64,000 bases of DNA from Planctomycetota bacterium (GCA_029259775.1 JAJDEN010000028.1:1204-65203); one strand, 5' to 3'. Counted from the first letter of the stretch, positions 44,991 through 54,823 are shown. Numbers and translations are program-made. The notes: generated from the sequence alone by a model not told the origin.

Positions 44991-45857
44991 CTAGTCCTTC
45001 GTGAACAGGGACTTCAGGTTGCTCTTGTTGTCCTTCAACAGCACAAACCAGTCGGTGATCTGGTTCTGCTGCATCCCGGTCAGCTTCGAGAGGGCCCGCG
45101 GGACGGAGCGCGTGAGGGCGTTCCAGCGGGCGATCGGTCCACCCTCGCGTCCCATGGGAGCGCCGGGGTCGGAGCCGTCCGTGCCACCGCTGATGTCTTC
45201 CTTCGGCCCGCGCATGCGCGGGCGTCCACCTGGCTTCACCTTCTTGGTCGCTTCGATGAGGGCCACGAGGATCTTCACGCGCTTGCGCTTCACCTTGCTG
45301 AAGTTGCCGAGGGCGCCGACGGCGTCCTGCAGGATGCCCATGTGCTTGGACTTGTGGACGATGGCCAACAGCGGCTCGACGAGAACGCTGTCCGGGAGGT
45401 CACCGGCGGCCGCCACCGCGACGTCGAGGAGGACCGACGCCTTCGTCTTGTCCGGCTGCTTCAGGTAGGGCTTCACATACTTGGCGCCGCGCAGGTCCTT
45501 CAGGTCCGACAGCAGAAAGAGTACGGCCTTGTGCAGGTCCTCGTCCTTGGAGCCGCGGGCGGCCGTGCCGATGGTGGCGACGACCTTGCCCTGCAGCTTC
45601 TTGTCGGAGGCGGCGTCCTCGTAGAGCTTCTTGGCGTCCTCGAAGGCCTTCTTGAGCGCATCCGTCGCCTTGGCCTTCTTGTGCTTGGTTACATCCTCTT
45701 TCCATCGTTTGAGACGATCGGATGGCGTCGCCTTCTTCTTGTCATCAGCTTCGGCTGGTGCGGCAGTGCACATAACCAAAGCCAACGCAAGAACGAGCAA
45801 CCACAAAGCATGACGCGTTCCGCGCGCACGACGCAATGCACCCCGGGACGTTTTCAT
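44991..45857 (-). CDS. Hypothetical secreted Lys-rich helical-repeat protein
   Basis: ORF 44991..45857 with an ATG start. It has a signal/anchor ALWLLVLALALVMCTAAPAEA and a K-rich composition that is non-shadow-like. Confidence 0.65.
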   Translation of the reverse strand: MKTSRGALRRARGTRHALWLLVLALALVMCTAAPAEADDKKKATPSDRLKRWKEDVTKHKKAKATDALKKAFEDAKKLYEDAASDKKLQGKVVATIGTAARGSKDEDLHKAVLFLLSDLKDLRGAKYVKPYLKQPDKTKASVLLDVAVAAAGDLPDSVLVEPLLAIVHKSKHMGILQDAVGALGNFSKVKRKRVKILVALIEATKKVKPGGRPRMRGPKEDISGGTDGSDPGAPMGREGGPIARWNALTRSVPRALSKLTGMQQNQITDWFVLLKDNKSNLKSLFTKD

Positions 45858-45930
45858 GAACGATCCTCCGCATCCAGTACGAGCCTCAGCCCTTAGAAAC
45901 GTTGGACGTGCGACTTCTTCCCCGGTTCAA

Positions 45931-45940
45931 GAATTAATTC
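45931..45940. promoter_or_regulatory. Perfect 10-bp AT-rich palindrome GAATTAATTC in the only strongly AT-rich patch of the window
   Basis: gttcaaGAATTAATTCaatgaattc lies 74-83 bp upstream of the 45857 start codon. Confidence 0.3.
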
Positions 45941-46107
45941 AATGAATTCGACGCCTCAACCCGTATTCGTCGTCAAAGTGGGTGAGAGGCCCTCGCGGGG
46001 GACCGCTGCGTGGTCAGCGATTGTGTTTGTCACCGAATGAATGTGAGAGTGACATCGACCTGCTTCGCGTAGCCCGCCGTCGTATGCATGCGGAAGATCG
46101 AGCCGGC

Positions 46108-46815
46108 CTACTTCGACTCCAACATCTTCAAGCGCTTCGTGAGTCCGCGCAAGGCGACGTAGTTGCCCTCGATGCGGCCGTTGAGCTCCTTGTAGTTGCT
46201 CTTGATGCCTTCGAAGGCCTCCGTGATCGAGCCCTGAGACTTCTCGAGTCCGGTGACCTTGGCGGCGTTGGCCCGGACGCCAGCCTCGATCGAGGCCAGC
46301 GCGGCCGCGGGCGCACCCGCCGCGTTCTCCTGGGCCTTGGCCAGCGCGGCCAGGGCGTCGCGCGTGGCATCGCGCTGCGTGGCCAGCTCGGATTCCAGCT
46401 TGGCGAAGCGTCCCTGGAGAGCCGTGAAGGACGCCGTGGACGGGCCAGCGGCGGCCGGGCCGTCGCCGCCGGTCAGCTGGCCGACGCCGAAGCTCACGGC
46501 CGCGGCGACGACCGCCGCGGCGAGGAGGGACAGGGACATGCTGGGCTTGCTCATGGCTTCTCCGGGGAGAGCGGCGCCCGTGGGGGCGCCCGTCGCGGCT
46601 GCTGCCGCATCGCTTTGCGTCGAAGGGGGCTCGAGGATCTCGCAGGTCGGCAGCCCGTCGCTGCCGAGGCTCAGGCCCATCACGGTGTCGCACCGGGCAC
46701 AGGTCAGGCGTGCTGTGGCGTCGGATCGGTCTTGCAGCGCGCTGAGGTCCGCTCGGTGCTTCTTCCCGCACGCGGGACAGTAGAAGGGCGGGCGGTGTTC
46801 CGGTTCGGCGCTCAT
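46108..46815 (-). CDS. Hypothetical zinc-ribbon, TM, coiled-coil protein
   Basis: ATG at 46815 in ORF 46108..47271. 'CPACGKK...CARCD' forms a four-Cys ribbon, followed by a TM helix LSLLAAAVVAAAVSFGV and a heptad-like C-terminal region. Confidence 0.6.
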   Translation of the reverse strand: MSAEPEHRPPFYCPACGKKHRADLSALQDRSDATARLTCARCDTVMGLSLGSDGLPTCEILEPPSTQSDAAAAATGAPTGAALPGEAMSKPSMSLSLLAAAVVAAAVSFGVGQLTGGDGPAAAGPSTASFTALQGRFAKLESELATQRDATRDALAALAKAQENAAGAPAAALASIEAGVRANAAKVTGLEKSQGSITEAFEGIKSNYKELNGRIEGNYVALRGLTKRLKMLESK

Positions 46816-46869
46816 GCGAGGCCGACATCCTAGCTGGGGCGACGCGCGGCGTCCCGGTCCCTCGGGGCT

Positions 46870-47634
46870 ATGATCCGGCCGATGAACCGCTTGATTCTCT
46901 TCCTCATCGGCATCGTCCTCGTGGGCGTCGCCGGCTTCGCCCTCATCTGGTTCGGCGTCGGCCGCGAGCTGAACAAGCCGACGATCAAGATCCTCATGGA
47001 CTTGCGCGACGGCAAGCACGCCGATGTGCACCAGGGAGCGCACGCCTCGTTCCGAGAGCGCCAGAGCGTCGAGGAACTCGGCGCCTACTGGGCGTGGTGG
47101 GCGAAGGAGCTCGGAACCTTCGTCGAGGTCACCAAGCGCATGGGCGTCTCCATGCACACGTCGGACGCGGGCTCGTTCCGGGGCATCACCATGGAGGTGG
47201 GCTTCATGAAGGGCAAGGCGCGGGCGAAGTTCCGCTACGAGACCTCGGGCGACGATCCGCTGCTCACGCACTTCCGCATCTCGATGCTGGAGGAGAACGC
47301 CGGCGAGAAGGAGGATCGTGTGCCGCTCGAAGGGATCACGCGCCGCCTCTTTGACCGGTACGACGCTTCGGACTGGACGGGCCTCTACGCCGGCCTGGGC
47401 TTCCAGCTCCAGCAGGCGTGGCCGCTGACGAAGGTCAACGCGCAGATGCCGCCCCTCCGCGCCCAGCGGGGCCAGGTGAAGAAGCTACGCCTCACGAAGA
47501 CCGACGATGACCCGGACGACGACGTGGTCGTGCAGCACTACGACGCCGAGTTCGAGCATGGCAAGGGCAGCGTGAAGGTCTCGTTCCAGTACGACAACAA
47601 GCGCTGGCACGTCGTCACCTTCGTCATCAAGTAG
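46870..47634 (+). CDS. Hypothetical membrane-anchored protein
   Basis: ORF 46870..47634. It has an N-terminal TM helix LILFLIGIVLVGVAGFALIWF and an ordinary-composition ectodomain. Confidence 0.65.
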   Translation: MIRPMNRLILFLIGIVLVGVAGFALIWFGVGRELNKPTIKILMDLRDGKHADVHQGAHASFRERQSVEELGAYWAWWAKELGTFVEVTKRMGVSMHTSDAGSFRGITMEVGFMKGKARAKFRYETSGDDPLLTHFRISMLEENAGEKEDRVPLEGITRRLFDRYDASDWTGLYAGLGFQLQQAWPLTKVNAQMPPLRAQRGQVKKLRLTKTDDDPDDDVVVQHYDAEFEHGKGSVKVSFQYDNKRWHVVTFVIK

Positions 47635-47839
47635 TGCCACAGCGCGCGCTGGGCGATCGGCCCAAGCGCCCTTCAACGGCGTCGTCCGCACACGGTTCAC
47701 GCGAATCGATGGGTTGTTCGGTTTTGTCGAATTTGCGTAGCAATCGTCCTCTGGCGCGAACCTGACGCGCCGTCTCCCGTTCCTCATGCATGGATCTTCG
47801 CCCCCGAGCGAAGCCGACCCGTGAGAGGAGTCGCACGTC

Positions 47840-49456
47840 ATGGCACGCCATGCCCGCGCACAGCACACCGACGCCTTCGCCGCGAACGAAGACTTCAACG
47901 AGCAGCTCTACCGCGCCCTGCGTCAGAGCCCGTGGTGGATGACCTCGGTCGCACTGCACGTAGCCGTCTTCTTCATTCTCACGCTCTTCGATACCTCCGG
48001 TGCGACGGCGACGCCGAAGCAGCAGATCACCATTGGTCAGGCCGAGAACCTGATCGAAGAGGAGCTGGTGAAGGCCGACGAGCCGACGAAGCAACTGCAC
48101 GATCCCGAGTTCGTCGTACCCGAGCCCACGCTCGTCGACGAGAAGGACGAGCAGCCCCAGAAGGACGTGGACGAGCACTTCGACGAGAACTTCGGTCGTA
48201 CGGATGGCCAGTCGCTGGCGGCGTTCGATGAGGGCGTATCGAGCAACCCTCTCGTCGGGATTGGTGGGGGGCGCGGCTCCTCGCCGTTCGGCCGCGGCAG
48301 CAACAAGGACGGCGGCAGGAAGGGTCGTGGAACCCCGGACACCTTCCAGGACGCCCTCGAGGACGCCCTGCGCTGGCTCGCCGCGCACCAATCGCCTGAC
48401 GGTCGCTGGGAGGCCGAGGGCTTCTATCGCTGGTGCGATCAGCGCCCGGTCTCCGACACCACCAAGCACCCGGACGGGCGTGGCAAGGGCCTCTACGATC
48501 CCGGCGTGACCGGCCTCGCGCTCTGCGCGTTCCTGGGCGCCGGCTACACGAATCGGGGCAAGCACCCCTACGCCAAGGTCGTCTCGCGCGGCCTGCGCTA
48601 CCTGAAGAACATCCAGGATCCCGAGGGCTGTTTCGGCCCGCGCGCTTCGCAGCAGTACATCTACAGCCACGCGACGGCATCGTTGGCCATGGTCGAGGCC
48701 TTCGGCATGACCGGCAGCAGCATCTGGCGCGGAAGCGCGCAGCGCGCGCTGGACTTCATCGCGATGACGCGCAACCCGTACTTCGCCTGGCGCTACGGCA
48801 TCAAGCCCGGCGACAACGATACCTCGGTCACGGGCTGGATGATGATGGCCCTCAAGAGCGCCAAGATCATCAACGCCGATATCGCGAGCCGCAACGGCAA
48901 GCAACGCGGCCTCGTCATCGACGAGTCGGCCTTCGACGGCATCCGGTCATGGATCGACAAGATGACCGACAAGGACTACGGCCGGGTGGGCTACGTGCAG
49001 CGTGGCACCGGCTCCTCGCGACCCCAGGCGCTCGTCGATCGGTTCCCGGCCGACAAGTCCGCCGCGCTCACGTCCGTCGGCGTGCTCGCACGCGTGTTCC
49101 TCGGCGAGGACCCGCGCAAGAGCGACGTCATCAAGAAGGGCGCCGCCCTGATGGCCAAGCTGCCGCCGACCTGGAACAAGGCCGACGGTTCGATCGACAT
49201 GTACTACTGGTACTACGGCACGCTCGCGATGTTCCAGGTGGGGTCCCGCTCGTGGGAGACCTGGAAGAAGGCCATGGAGAAGGCCGTCGTGCGCTCGCAG
49301 CGCAAGGACACGGACCCCTGCCAATACAAGGGCTCGTGGGACCCGGCCGGCCCCTGGGGCGGCGACGGGGGACGCGTCTACTCGACCGCGTTGATGGCCA
49401 TGTGCCTGCAGATCTACTACCGCTACCCGCGCGTCTTCGGAACGAGCAGCAAGTAA
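47840..49456 (+). CDS. Membrane-anchored prenyltransferase/squalene-oxidase-repeat (alpha/alpha-toroid) protein, paralog 1
   Basis: ORF 47840..49456 with a gaggag RBS. It has a TM helix WWMTSVALHVAVFFILTLF, an acidic linker, and 'HQSPDGRWE', 'NIQDPEGCFG' and 'GDNDTSVTGW' repeat signatures. Confidence 0.85.
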   Translation: MARHARAQHTDAFAANEDFNEQLYRALRQSPWWMTSVALHVAVFFILTLFDTSGATATPKQQITIGQAENLIEEELVKADEPTKQLHDPEFVVPEPTLVDEKDEQPQKDVDEHFDENFGRTDGQSLAAFDEGVSSNPLVGIGGGRGSSPFGRGSNKDGGRKGRGTPDTFQDALEDALRWLAAHQSPDGRWEAEGFYRWCDQRPVSDTTKHPDGRGKGLYDPGVTGLALCAFLGAGYTNRGKHPYAKVVSRGLRYLKNIQDPEGCFGPRASQQYIYSHATASLAMVEAFGMTGSSIWRGSAQRALDFIAMTRNPYFAWRYGIKPGDNDTSVTGWMMMALKSAKIINADIASRNGKQRGLVIDESAFDGIRSWIDKMTDKDYGRVGYVQRGTGSSRPQALVDRFPADKSAALTSVGVLARVFLGEDPRKSDVIKKGAALMAKLPPTWNKADGSIDMYYWYYGTLAMFQVGSRSWETWKKAMEKAVVRSQRKDTDPCQYKGSWDPAGPWGGDGGRVYSTALMAMCLQIYYRYPRVFGTSSK

Positions 49457-49481
49457 CCCGATTCGGGGAAGGAGCAGGACG

Positions 49482-51086
49482 ATGGCACGCCACGCCCGCA
49501 CACAACACGACTACGCATTCGCCACTCAAGGCGACTTCAACGAGCAGCTCTACCTGGCGCTGCGTCAGAGCCCGTGGTGGATGACGTCCATCGCCATCCA
49601 CGTGATGGTGTTCTTCGTCCTCACGCTCTTCGACACCTCCGACGCCACCGCGGCCAAGCCGAAGACCGTGCAGGCTTCCATGCAGGCCGAGGACGTGGAT
49701 CAAGACGTCGAGAAGGAGGACGAGAACGAGAGCGAGATCGAGTACCAGGAGATGCCCACGGACGAGCCCGTCATCAAGGACGAGCCGATCGAGGACAAGA
49801 ACATCACCGACAACGATCTCCCGTACGAGGAGTCCCTGGGCAACGAGGGCGACTCCGATGCCCCGTTCGAGGGCCCCTCGGACAGCGGCAGCATCGGCAT
49901 CGGTGGCGGCGCTGGAAGCCCGTTCGGCAAGCGCGGCGGCAACCGCGATGCGAGGAAGGGGGATGGCGGCGGCAAGCGGCCGTTCGATGACGCCGTGGAC
50001 GACGCCCTGCTGTGGCTCGCGGCCCATCAGTCGCCCGACGGCGGCTGGGAAGGTGCGACGTTCGATCGCTGGTGCAAGGGGCAGGTCGTGAGCGACGCCG
50101 CGAAGCGTCCGCTCGGTGCGGGCAAGGCGCTGTACGACCCCGGCGTCACGGGTCTCGCGCTCTGTGCGTTCCTCGGCGCCGGCTACACGAACCGCGGCAA
50201 GCACCCCTTCGCCAAGACGGTTTCGCGCGGTCTCCGTTACCTGAAGAACATCCAGGATCCGGAGGGCTGCTACGGCCCGCGCTCGACCCAGCAGTACATC
50301 TACAACCACGCGACCGCGTCCTTGGCCATGGTCGAGGCCTTCGGTATGACGGGCAGCAGCATCTGGAAGGGCAGTGCCCAGAAGGCCTTGAACTTCATCG
50401 CGCTCGCTCGCAACCCGTACTTCGCCTGGCGTTACGGCATCAAGCCCGGCGACAACGACACGTCGGTGTCGGGTTGGATGATGATGGCGCTCAAGAGCGC
50501 GCAGCTCGTCAACAAGGACTCGCTCAAGCGCGGCAAGCCTGCGCCGCTGACCCTCGACGAGTCGGCGTTCGACGGCCTCAAGGCGTGGCTCGACAAGGTG
50601 ACGGACCCGGACTACGGCCGCGTGGGCTACGTGCAACGCGGCACGGGCCCTGCGCGTCCGCAGGAGCTTGTCGATCGCTTCCCCGGTGAGAAGTCCGAGT
50701 CGATGACGGCAGCCGCCGTCCTCGCGCGCTGCTTCATGGGGGAAGATCCCGACAAGAGCCCGATGATCAAGAAGGGGGCCGACCTCATGGCCAAGCTCCC
50801 GCCGACGTGGAACAAGGCCGACGGCTCCATCGACATGTACTACTGGTACTACGCTACGCTCGCGATGTTCCAGGTCGGTGGCAAGCACTGGGCCGGCTGG
50901 GAGAAGGCGATGCGTGGTGCGATGATCGAGACGCAGCGCAAGGACACCGACCACTGCCAATACAAGGGTTCGTGGGATCCCGTCGGGCCCTGGGGCCCTG
51001 ATGGCGGCCGCGTCTACTCCACGGCGATCATGGCCCTCTGCATGGAGGTCTACTACCGCTACGACCGTGTGAGCGGCACGCGCTAG
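49482..51086 (+). CDS. Membrane-anchored prenyltransferase/squalene-oxidase-repeat (alpha/alpha-toroid) protein, paralog 2
   Basis: ORF 49482..51086 with a gaaggag RBS. It has the same architecture as paralog 1. By eye it is about 75-80% identical in the toroid domain and divergent in the linker. Confidence 0.85.
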   Translation: MARHARTQHDYAFATQGDFNEQLYLALRQSPWWMTSIAIHVMVFFVLTLFDTSDATAAKPKTVQASMQAEDVDQDVEKEDENESEIEYQEMPTDEPVIKDEPIEDKNITDNDLPYEESLGNEGDSDAPFEGPSDSGSIGIGGGAGSPFGKRGGNRDARKGDGGGKRPFDDAVDDALLWLAAHQSPDGGWEGATFDRWCKGQVVSDAAKRPLGAGKALYDPGVTGLALCAFLGAGYTNRGKHPFAKTVSRGLRYLKNIQDPEGCYGPRSTQQYIYNHATASLAMVEAFGMTGSSIWKGSAQKALNFIALARNPYFAWRYGIKPGDNDTSVSGWMMMALKSAQLVNKDSLKRGKPAPLTLDESAFDGLKAWLDKVTDPDYGRVGYVQRGTGPARPQELVDRFPGEKSESMTAAAVLARCFMGEDPDKSPMIKKGADLMAKLPPTWNKADGSIDMYYWYYATLAMFQVGGKHWAGWEKAMRGAMIETQRKDTDHCQYKGSWDPVGPWGPDGGRVYSTAIMALCMEVYYRYDRVSGTR

Positions 51087-51129
51087 CGAGCAACGCGACA
51101 CGGACCAGGGACGTTCCACACGCCCTCTG

Positions 51130-51155
51130 CGGCCCCGCGAGCGATCGCGGGGCCG
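51130..51155. terminator. Bidirectional GC hairpin between convergent genes
   Basis: cggccccgcga / tcgcggggccg forms an 11-bp stem with a 4-nt loop, between the stops at 51086 (+) and 51215 (-). Confidence 0.5.
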
Positions 51156-51214
51156 TAGCTCGTTGTGGGGCTTGGTAGGCGGTGGGCCGGGTGGCGCCAG
51201 CCCAAACCTCGCGG

Positions 51215-53305
51215 CTACAGGATGCTGAGCGCCTCGTCGAGGGCGTTCGTGCGGGCGGGGTAGTTCGCGTCGCGGGTCAGGCGCAGCATGCTCGGCTTCG
51301 GCTCAGGGTCGCCGAGGAGTCCGAGCGAAGCGATCGCGAGGGCGCGCGCCTCTTCCTGCCGGTTCGTGTCCGACGCGACCTCGAGGATTGCCGGCACGGC
51401 ACCGACGTCGCCCAACTGGCCGAGTGCGGCGGCTACCTGTGCGAGCACCCACTGGGACTTCGCCTTGCGCAGCTCGACAACGAGCATGGTGCTCTCGGCA
51501 CGACCGCCGAGGAACGACAACGCCAGCGCGGCCTGGCTGCGCAGCTCGACGGAGCGGCGATCGAGGATCGCCGTGCGCATGGCCTTGCGAGCGGCTTCGG
51601 AGCCGGTCTCCATCCACGCGAGCGAGAGCGCTGCGTGTCCGCGCAGCTCCGCGTCGGCGCGGCGATCCATGAGGATCTCCGTCATGGCCTGCTCGCTGGC
51701 TTGGGCTTGCTTGCCGAGCAGACCGAGGGCGACGACGTACGCGCTGCGGACACGGGCCTCACGCATCTTCGCGAAACCCCGCGTGAGGATGGCCAGTCCA
51801 TCCTTCTGGAACTTCACTGCGTTGATGTTCGAGGAGGAGGAGCCGCGCATGGCAAGCGCCAGTCCGATCGCTGCGAACCCACGCACGCCGTAGACCGCGC
51901 CGCGGGCTTCCTTGAGGAGCGTCGTGGGCGCCTTGGTGCGCTCGACGACACCTACGCAGTCCGCTTGCAGATCCGCGCCGAGGAGGCGGCCGAGGGCGAT
52001 GAGGCCGAGCCCCCGGGTGAGGTTGTCACGCGACAGATCCACGCCGCGAGCACACGCTTCGACGGCCTGCTCCCGCTCCTGGCGGTTGAGGACGCTGCTC
52101 TTGGCGCCCAACGTGATGAAGGCCGCGCGCCGAACCTCGGCGGGGATGCGCTTCACCGTCATGACGCGGGAGAGGGCGATGGGCCAACCCGCGCCTTCCT
52201 GACGCACGAGGGCCGTCAGGGCGTGCGAACGCTCGACCGCGTCCCAGCCGCGGCCGCCGATGCGGCGACCGTTGACGATGCGCTGGAGGCCTTGCTTCAC
52301 CTCGGCGGAGATGCCGGCACGCGGCTGCATGCCGAGGGACGTGAGCAGGGCGACGGGAACATCGTTGCTGCTGTGCTTGATCTGTGCACGCGCCCAGAGG
52401 GAGCGCGTGATCATGCGGCCGTCCTTCGTGAAGGCGTTGCCGAAGGGCTGATCGCCGAGCATGCCGATGGACAGCGCGGCAAAGGCACGGGTGCGGTCGG
52501 GTGCCTTCTTGTCGTCCACCAGCATGATCAGGCGCTCGCGCCACATGTCGATGGAGGCGCCGTTCTTGGCCAGCGCCTTCGAAGTACGGCGGATCATGCC
52601 CACGGCGAGCGCGGCTGATTCGCGCACGAGCCCGGAGGCCTTCTTGTTCTCGGCGTAGGTGAACACCAGCTCGACCGCCGCGTCGTCGTGCGTGATCTTG
52701 GTCAGGGCGAGGAGCGCTGCGGCGCGCACTTCGTCGCGTGTCTTCTTCTTCGGGTCGAGCAACGTGAGCAGGAAGGGGACGATCTGCTGGCGTGCCACCA
52801 GGGCGCGTTGCTGGGCAGCCATCGCGCGTCGGTCGATGTTCACCTTCTTGGCGGGGGCGGGCGTCACGACCGGGGCCCCGTCAGGCTGGGCGAGTCCGCG
52901 CTCGGGGAAGTAGTCCCACCGGTTGAGCTCCCACCACATCTCCCAGCCTGCGTCGCGCGGCGTCGTCGACGGGATGCCGCGGCGCCGGGCGGCGCCGGTC
53001 TTGCGCCCGCCCGTGACGGGGCGTTTCCGCGGATCGATCTCCGGGGACGGATCCGACGGAGGCGTGACCGGGGGCTTGAAGCCGGGCGGCGGCTTGGCAG
53101 GCGGGCCGGGGTCCTTCGGCCAGCGTCGGTCCGGCGGGGGATCGCGGGGGACGCGACCACCGTCACCGGGCTTGTATTTGGGCTCCGGCGGCTTGTAGCG
53201 GCCGCCGTGGGCGGCGGCTTCTCGGATGGGCAGGACCGTAACGAGGCCCATCACGAAGAGGGGGACGATCAGCCCCAGGGCAGCCGTTCGGCGTTTCGCG
53301 TGCAT
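51215..53305 (-). CDS. Secreted HEAT-repeat protein with a Pro/Lys-rich N-terminal region and a 'WEMWWELNRWDYF' motif
   Basis: ATG at 53305 in ORF 51215..54028. It has a signal/anchor AALGLIVPLFVMGLVTVLPIREAAA and many 'A..ALG.LGD' HEAT-like units. Confidence 0.78.
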   Translation of the reverse strand: MHAKRRTAALGLIVPLFVMGLVTVLPIREAAAHGGRYKPPEPKYKPGDGGRVPRDPPPDRRWPKDPGPPAKPPPGFKPPVTPPSDPSPEIDPRKRPVTGGRKTGAARRRGIPSTTPRDAGWEMWWELNRWDYFPERGLAQPDGAPVVTPAPAKKVNIDRRAMAAQQRALVARQQIVPFLLTLLDPKKKTRDEVRAAALLALTKITHDDAAVELVFTYAENKKASGLVRESAALAVGMIRRTSKALAKNGASIDMWRERLIMLVDDKKAPDRTRAFAALSIGMLGDQPFGNAFTKDGRMITRSLWARAQIKHSSNDVPVALLTSLGMQPRAGISAEVKQGLQRIVNGRRIGGRGWDAVERSHALTALVRQEGAGWPIALSRVMTVKRIPAEVRRAAFITLGAKSSVLNRQEREQAVEACARGVDLSRDNLTRGLGLIALGRLLGADLQADCVGVVERTKAPTTLLKEARGAVYGVRGFAAIGLALAMRGSSSSNINAVKFQKDGLAILTRGFAKMREARVRSAYVVALGLLGKQAQASEQAMTEILMDRRADAELRGHAALSLAWMETGSEAARKAMRTAILDRRSVELRSQAALALSFLGGRAESTMLVVELRKAKSQWVLAQVAAALGQLGDVGAVPAILEVASDTNRQEEARALAIASLGLLGDPEPKPSMLRLTRDANYPARTNALDEALSIL

Positions 53306-53560
53306 GCGTTCCTTCTTTCCGCCCAGGTCCACGTCCGCTCCAGCCCCACGTCCGCTTTGGTCACGCCGCCCCAGCCCCAGGGCATCGATCCACGACGTGA
53401 CCATCCTAGGCCAGCGCCGCTTCGGAGTCCTTGCAGAAGGCCCGCAAGGGAAGAACGTCACGGCGACCCGGGGCGCAGCACCACTTACGCCGCCGGGACC
53501 GCCGGACACCGGGATATAGAAGTGCGAACCGGCGCCCGGACGGGACGTTAGGCTGAGTCG

Positions 53561-54019
53561 ATGAGGATTTGGGCACCGATTGCTCTCTGTCTCCTGGTTT
53601 CCCTCGGTGGGTGTGGCGAAGGGGATACGCCTGTCGCTCATCCCGACGCTGCGGAGGCGGCGCGGCCAGCCCAGCCCGCCGCGGAGCCCGTCGCGGAACG
53701 CACCGCCGAGCCCGGGCCGGTGCCGGTGGTCACGCCCACGGCTCAGCCGGAGCCGGTTCCCGACCCCATTCCCCCGAGTGGCGGCAGCGACGACGAGCTC
53801 ATGCCGCCGCAGAACTGGTGCGGTACGCCGGGCATGGCGCCGCACGCGCCGGTCGAGCGGACCGGAGGGGGCTTGGTGCTGCTCGAGAACGCCCAGGGCA
53901 AGAAGATGTGGCTGAGCAAGGCCGCGGCGACGCCCGAGAAGCTCAAGGAGCTTGCGAAAGACGGCTGGCGCGAGTTCCCACGCCTGGGCGGCATCACATT
54001 CCGTCCGAAGCCCAGGTGA
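53561..54019 (+). CDS. Hypothetical lipoprotein
   Basis: ORF 53561..54019. It has a lipobox 'LGGC' after a hydrophobic leader and a Pro/Ala-rich linker. Confidence 0.58.
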   Translation: MRIWAPIALCLLVSLGGCGEGDTPVAHPDAAEAARPAQPAAEPVAERTAEPGPVPVVTPTAQPEPVPDPIPPSGGSDDELMPPQNWCGTPGMAPHAPVERTGGGLVLLENAQGKKMWLSKAAATPEKLKELAKDGWREFPRLGGITFRPKPR

Positions 54020-54097
54020 TCGGCCCACATCCAGGTGGGCCCGGACGCATCAAGCGCTACGACGTGCGAAGCGCCCCTACGGCCCGCGCGCCCACGC

Positions 54098-54823
54098 CTA
54101 CGACGCTGCGGTCGCCCCGCCCGCGGCCCAGGCCTTGGCCGCATCCGTGCCGTACGCGCCCCAGTAGGCGCGGCAGCGGGTCAGGTCGTCCTCCGAGATG
54201 ACGCCCTTCTCGGCCAGGTAGTCCACGACTTCCGTCAACGTCACGATCGGGAAGACGGGTACGCCGGTGGCCTCGGTGAAGGCCCCGACGGCGTTCGAGC
54301 CGTCCGGCTTGACCTCTTGGCGGTCCAAGACGATCAGGAGGGCGGCGAAGCTGCAGTCCGGGGCGATCTCGCGCAGGAAGGCGACGGCCTCCATCTTGGT
54401 CGCGCCGTCCGTGAGGACGTCGTCGATCATCACGAAGCGCACGTCGGTCGCCGGTGCGCGGCCGAGCAGGCGCTTGCCGACCGAGCCGCTGGCGGCCTCT
54501 GCGCCGTGGGCCTTGGCTTCCTTGCGGTCGGACAGGGCCGCCTTCTCGACACCCTTCTCCGCCAGGGCGATCGCCGTGGCGACCGAGAGCGGGATGCCCT
54601 TGTAGGCCGGGCCGAAGATCGTGTCGAAGGCGTCCGCGCCGACGCGCTCGATCAGGGTCTCGGCGTAGGCGCGGCCCAGATGGGCGAGGCGCGAGCCGGT
54701 GTCGAGCAGACCGGTGTTGAGGAAGACGGGGCTCATTCGGCCGCTCTTCAGGCGGAACTCGCCGATCTTGAGGGCCTCGGCCTCGAGGAGGAAGTCGACG
54801 AACGCGCGCTGGTAGTCCTGCAT
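54098..54823 (-). CDS. pyrE: Orotate phosphoribosyltransferase
   Basis: ORF 54098..54823. It has 'FRLKSGRMSPVFLN' and the PRPP-binding loop 'VMIDDVLTDGATK'. Confidence 0.92.
   Translation of the reverse strand: MQDYQRAFVDFLLEAEALKIGEFRLKSGRMSPVFLNTGLLDTGSRLAHLGRAYAETLIERVGADAFDTIFGPAYKGIPLSVATAIALAEKGVEKAALSDRKEAKAHGAEAASGSVGKRLLGRAPATDVRFVMIDDVLTDGATKMEAVAFLREIAPDCSFAALLIVLDRQEVKPDGSNAVGAFTEATGVPVFPIVTLTEVVDYLAEKGVISEDDLTRCRAYWGAYGTDAAKAWAAGGATAAS

Noticed and set aside
51215-54028. N-terminal 241-codon extension of the HEAT-repeat ORF.
   Set aside because: The extension is Arg/Pro/Gly-rich and overlaps the plus-strand lipoprotein gene (53561..54019). The ATG at 53305 gives a proper signal/anchor sequence.
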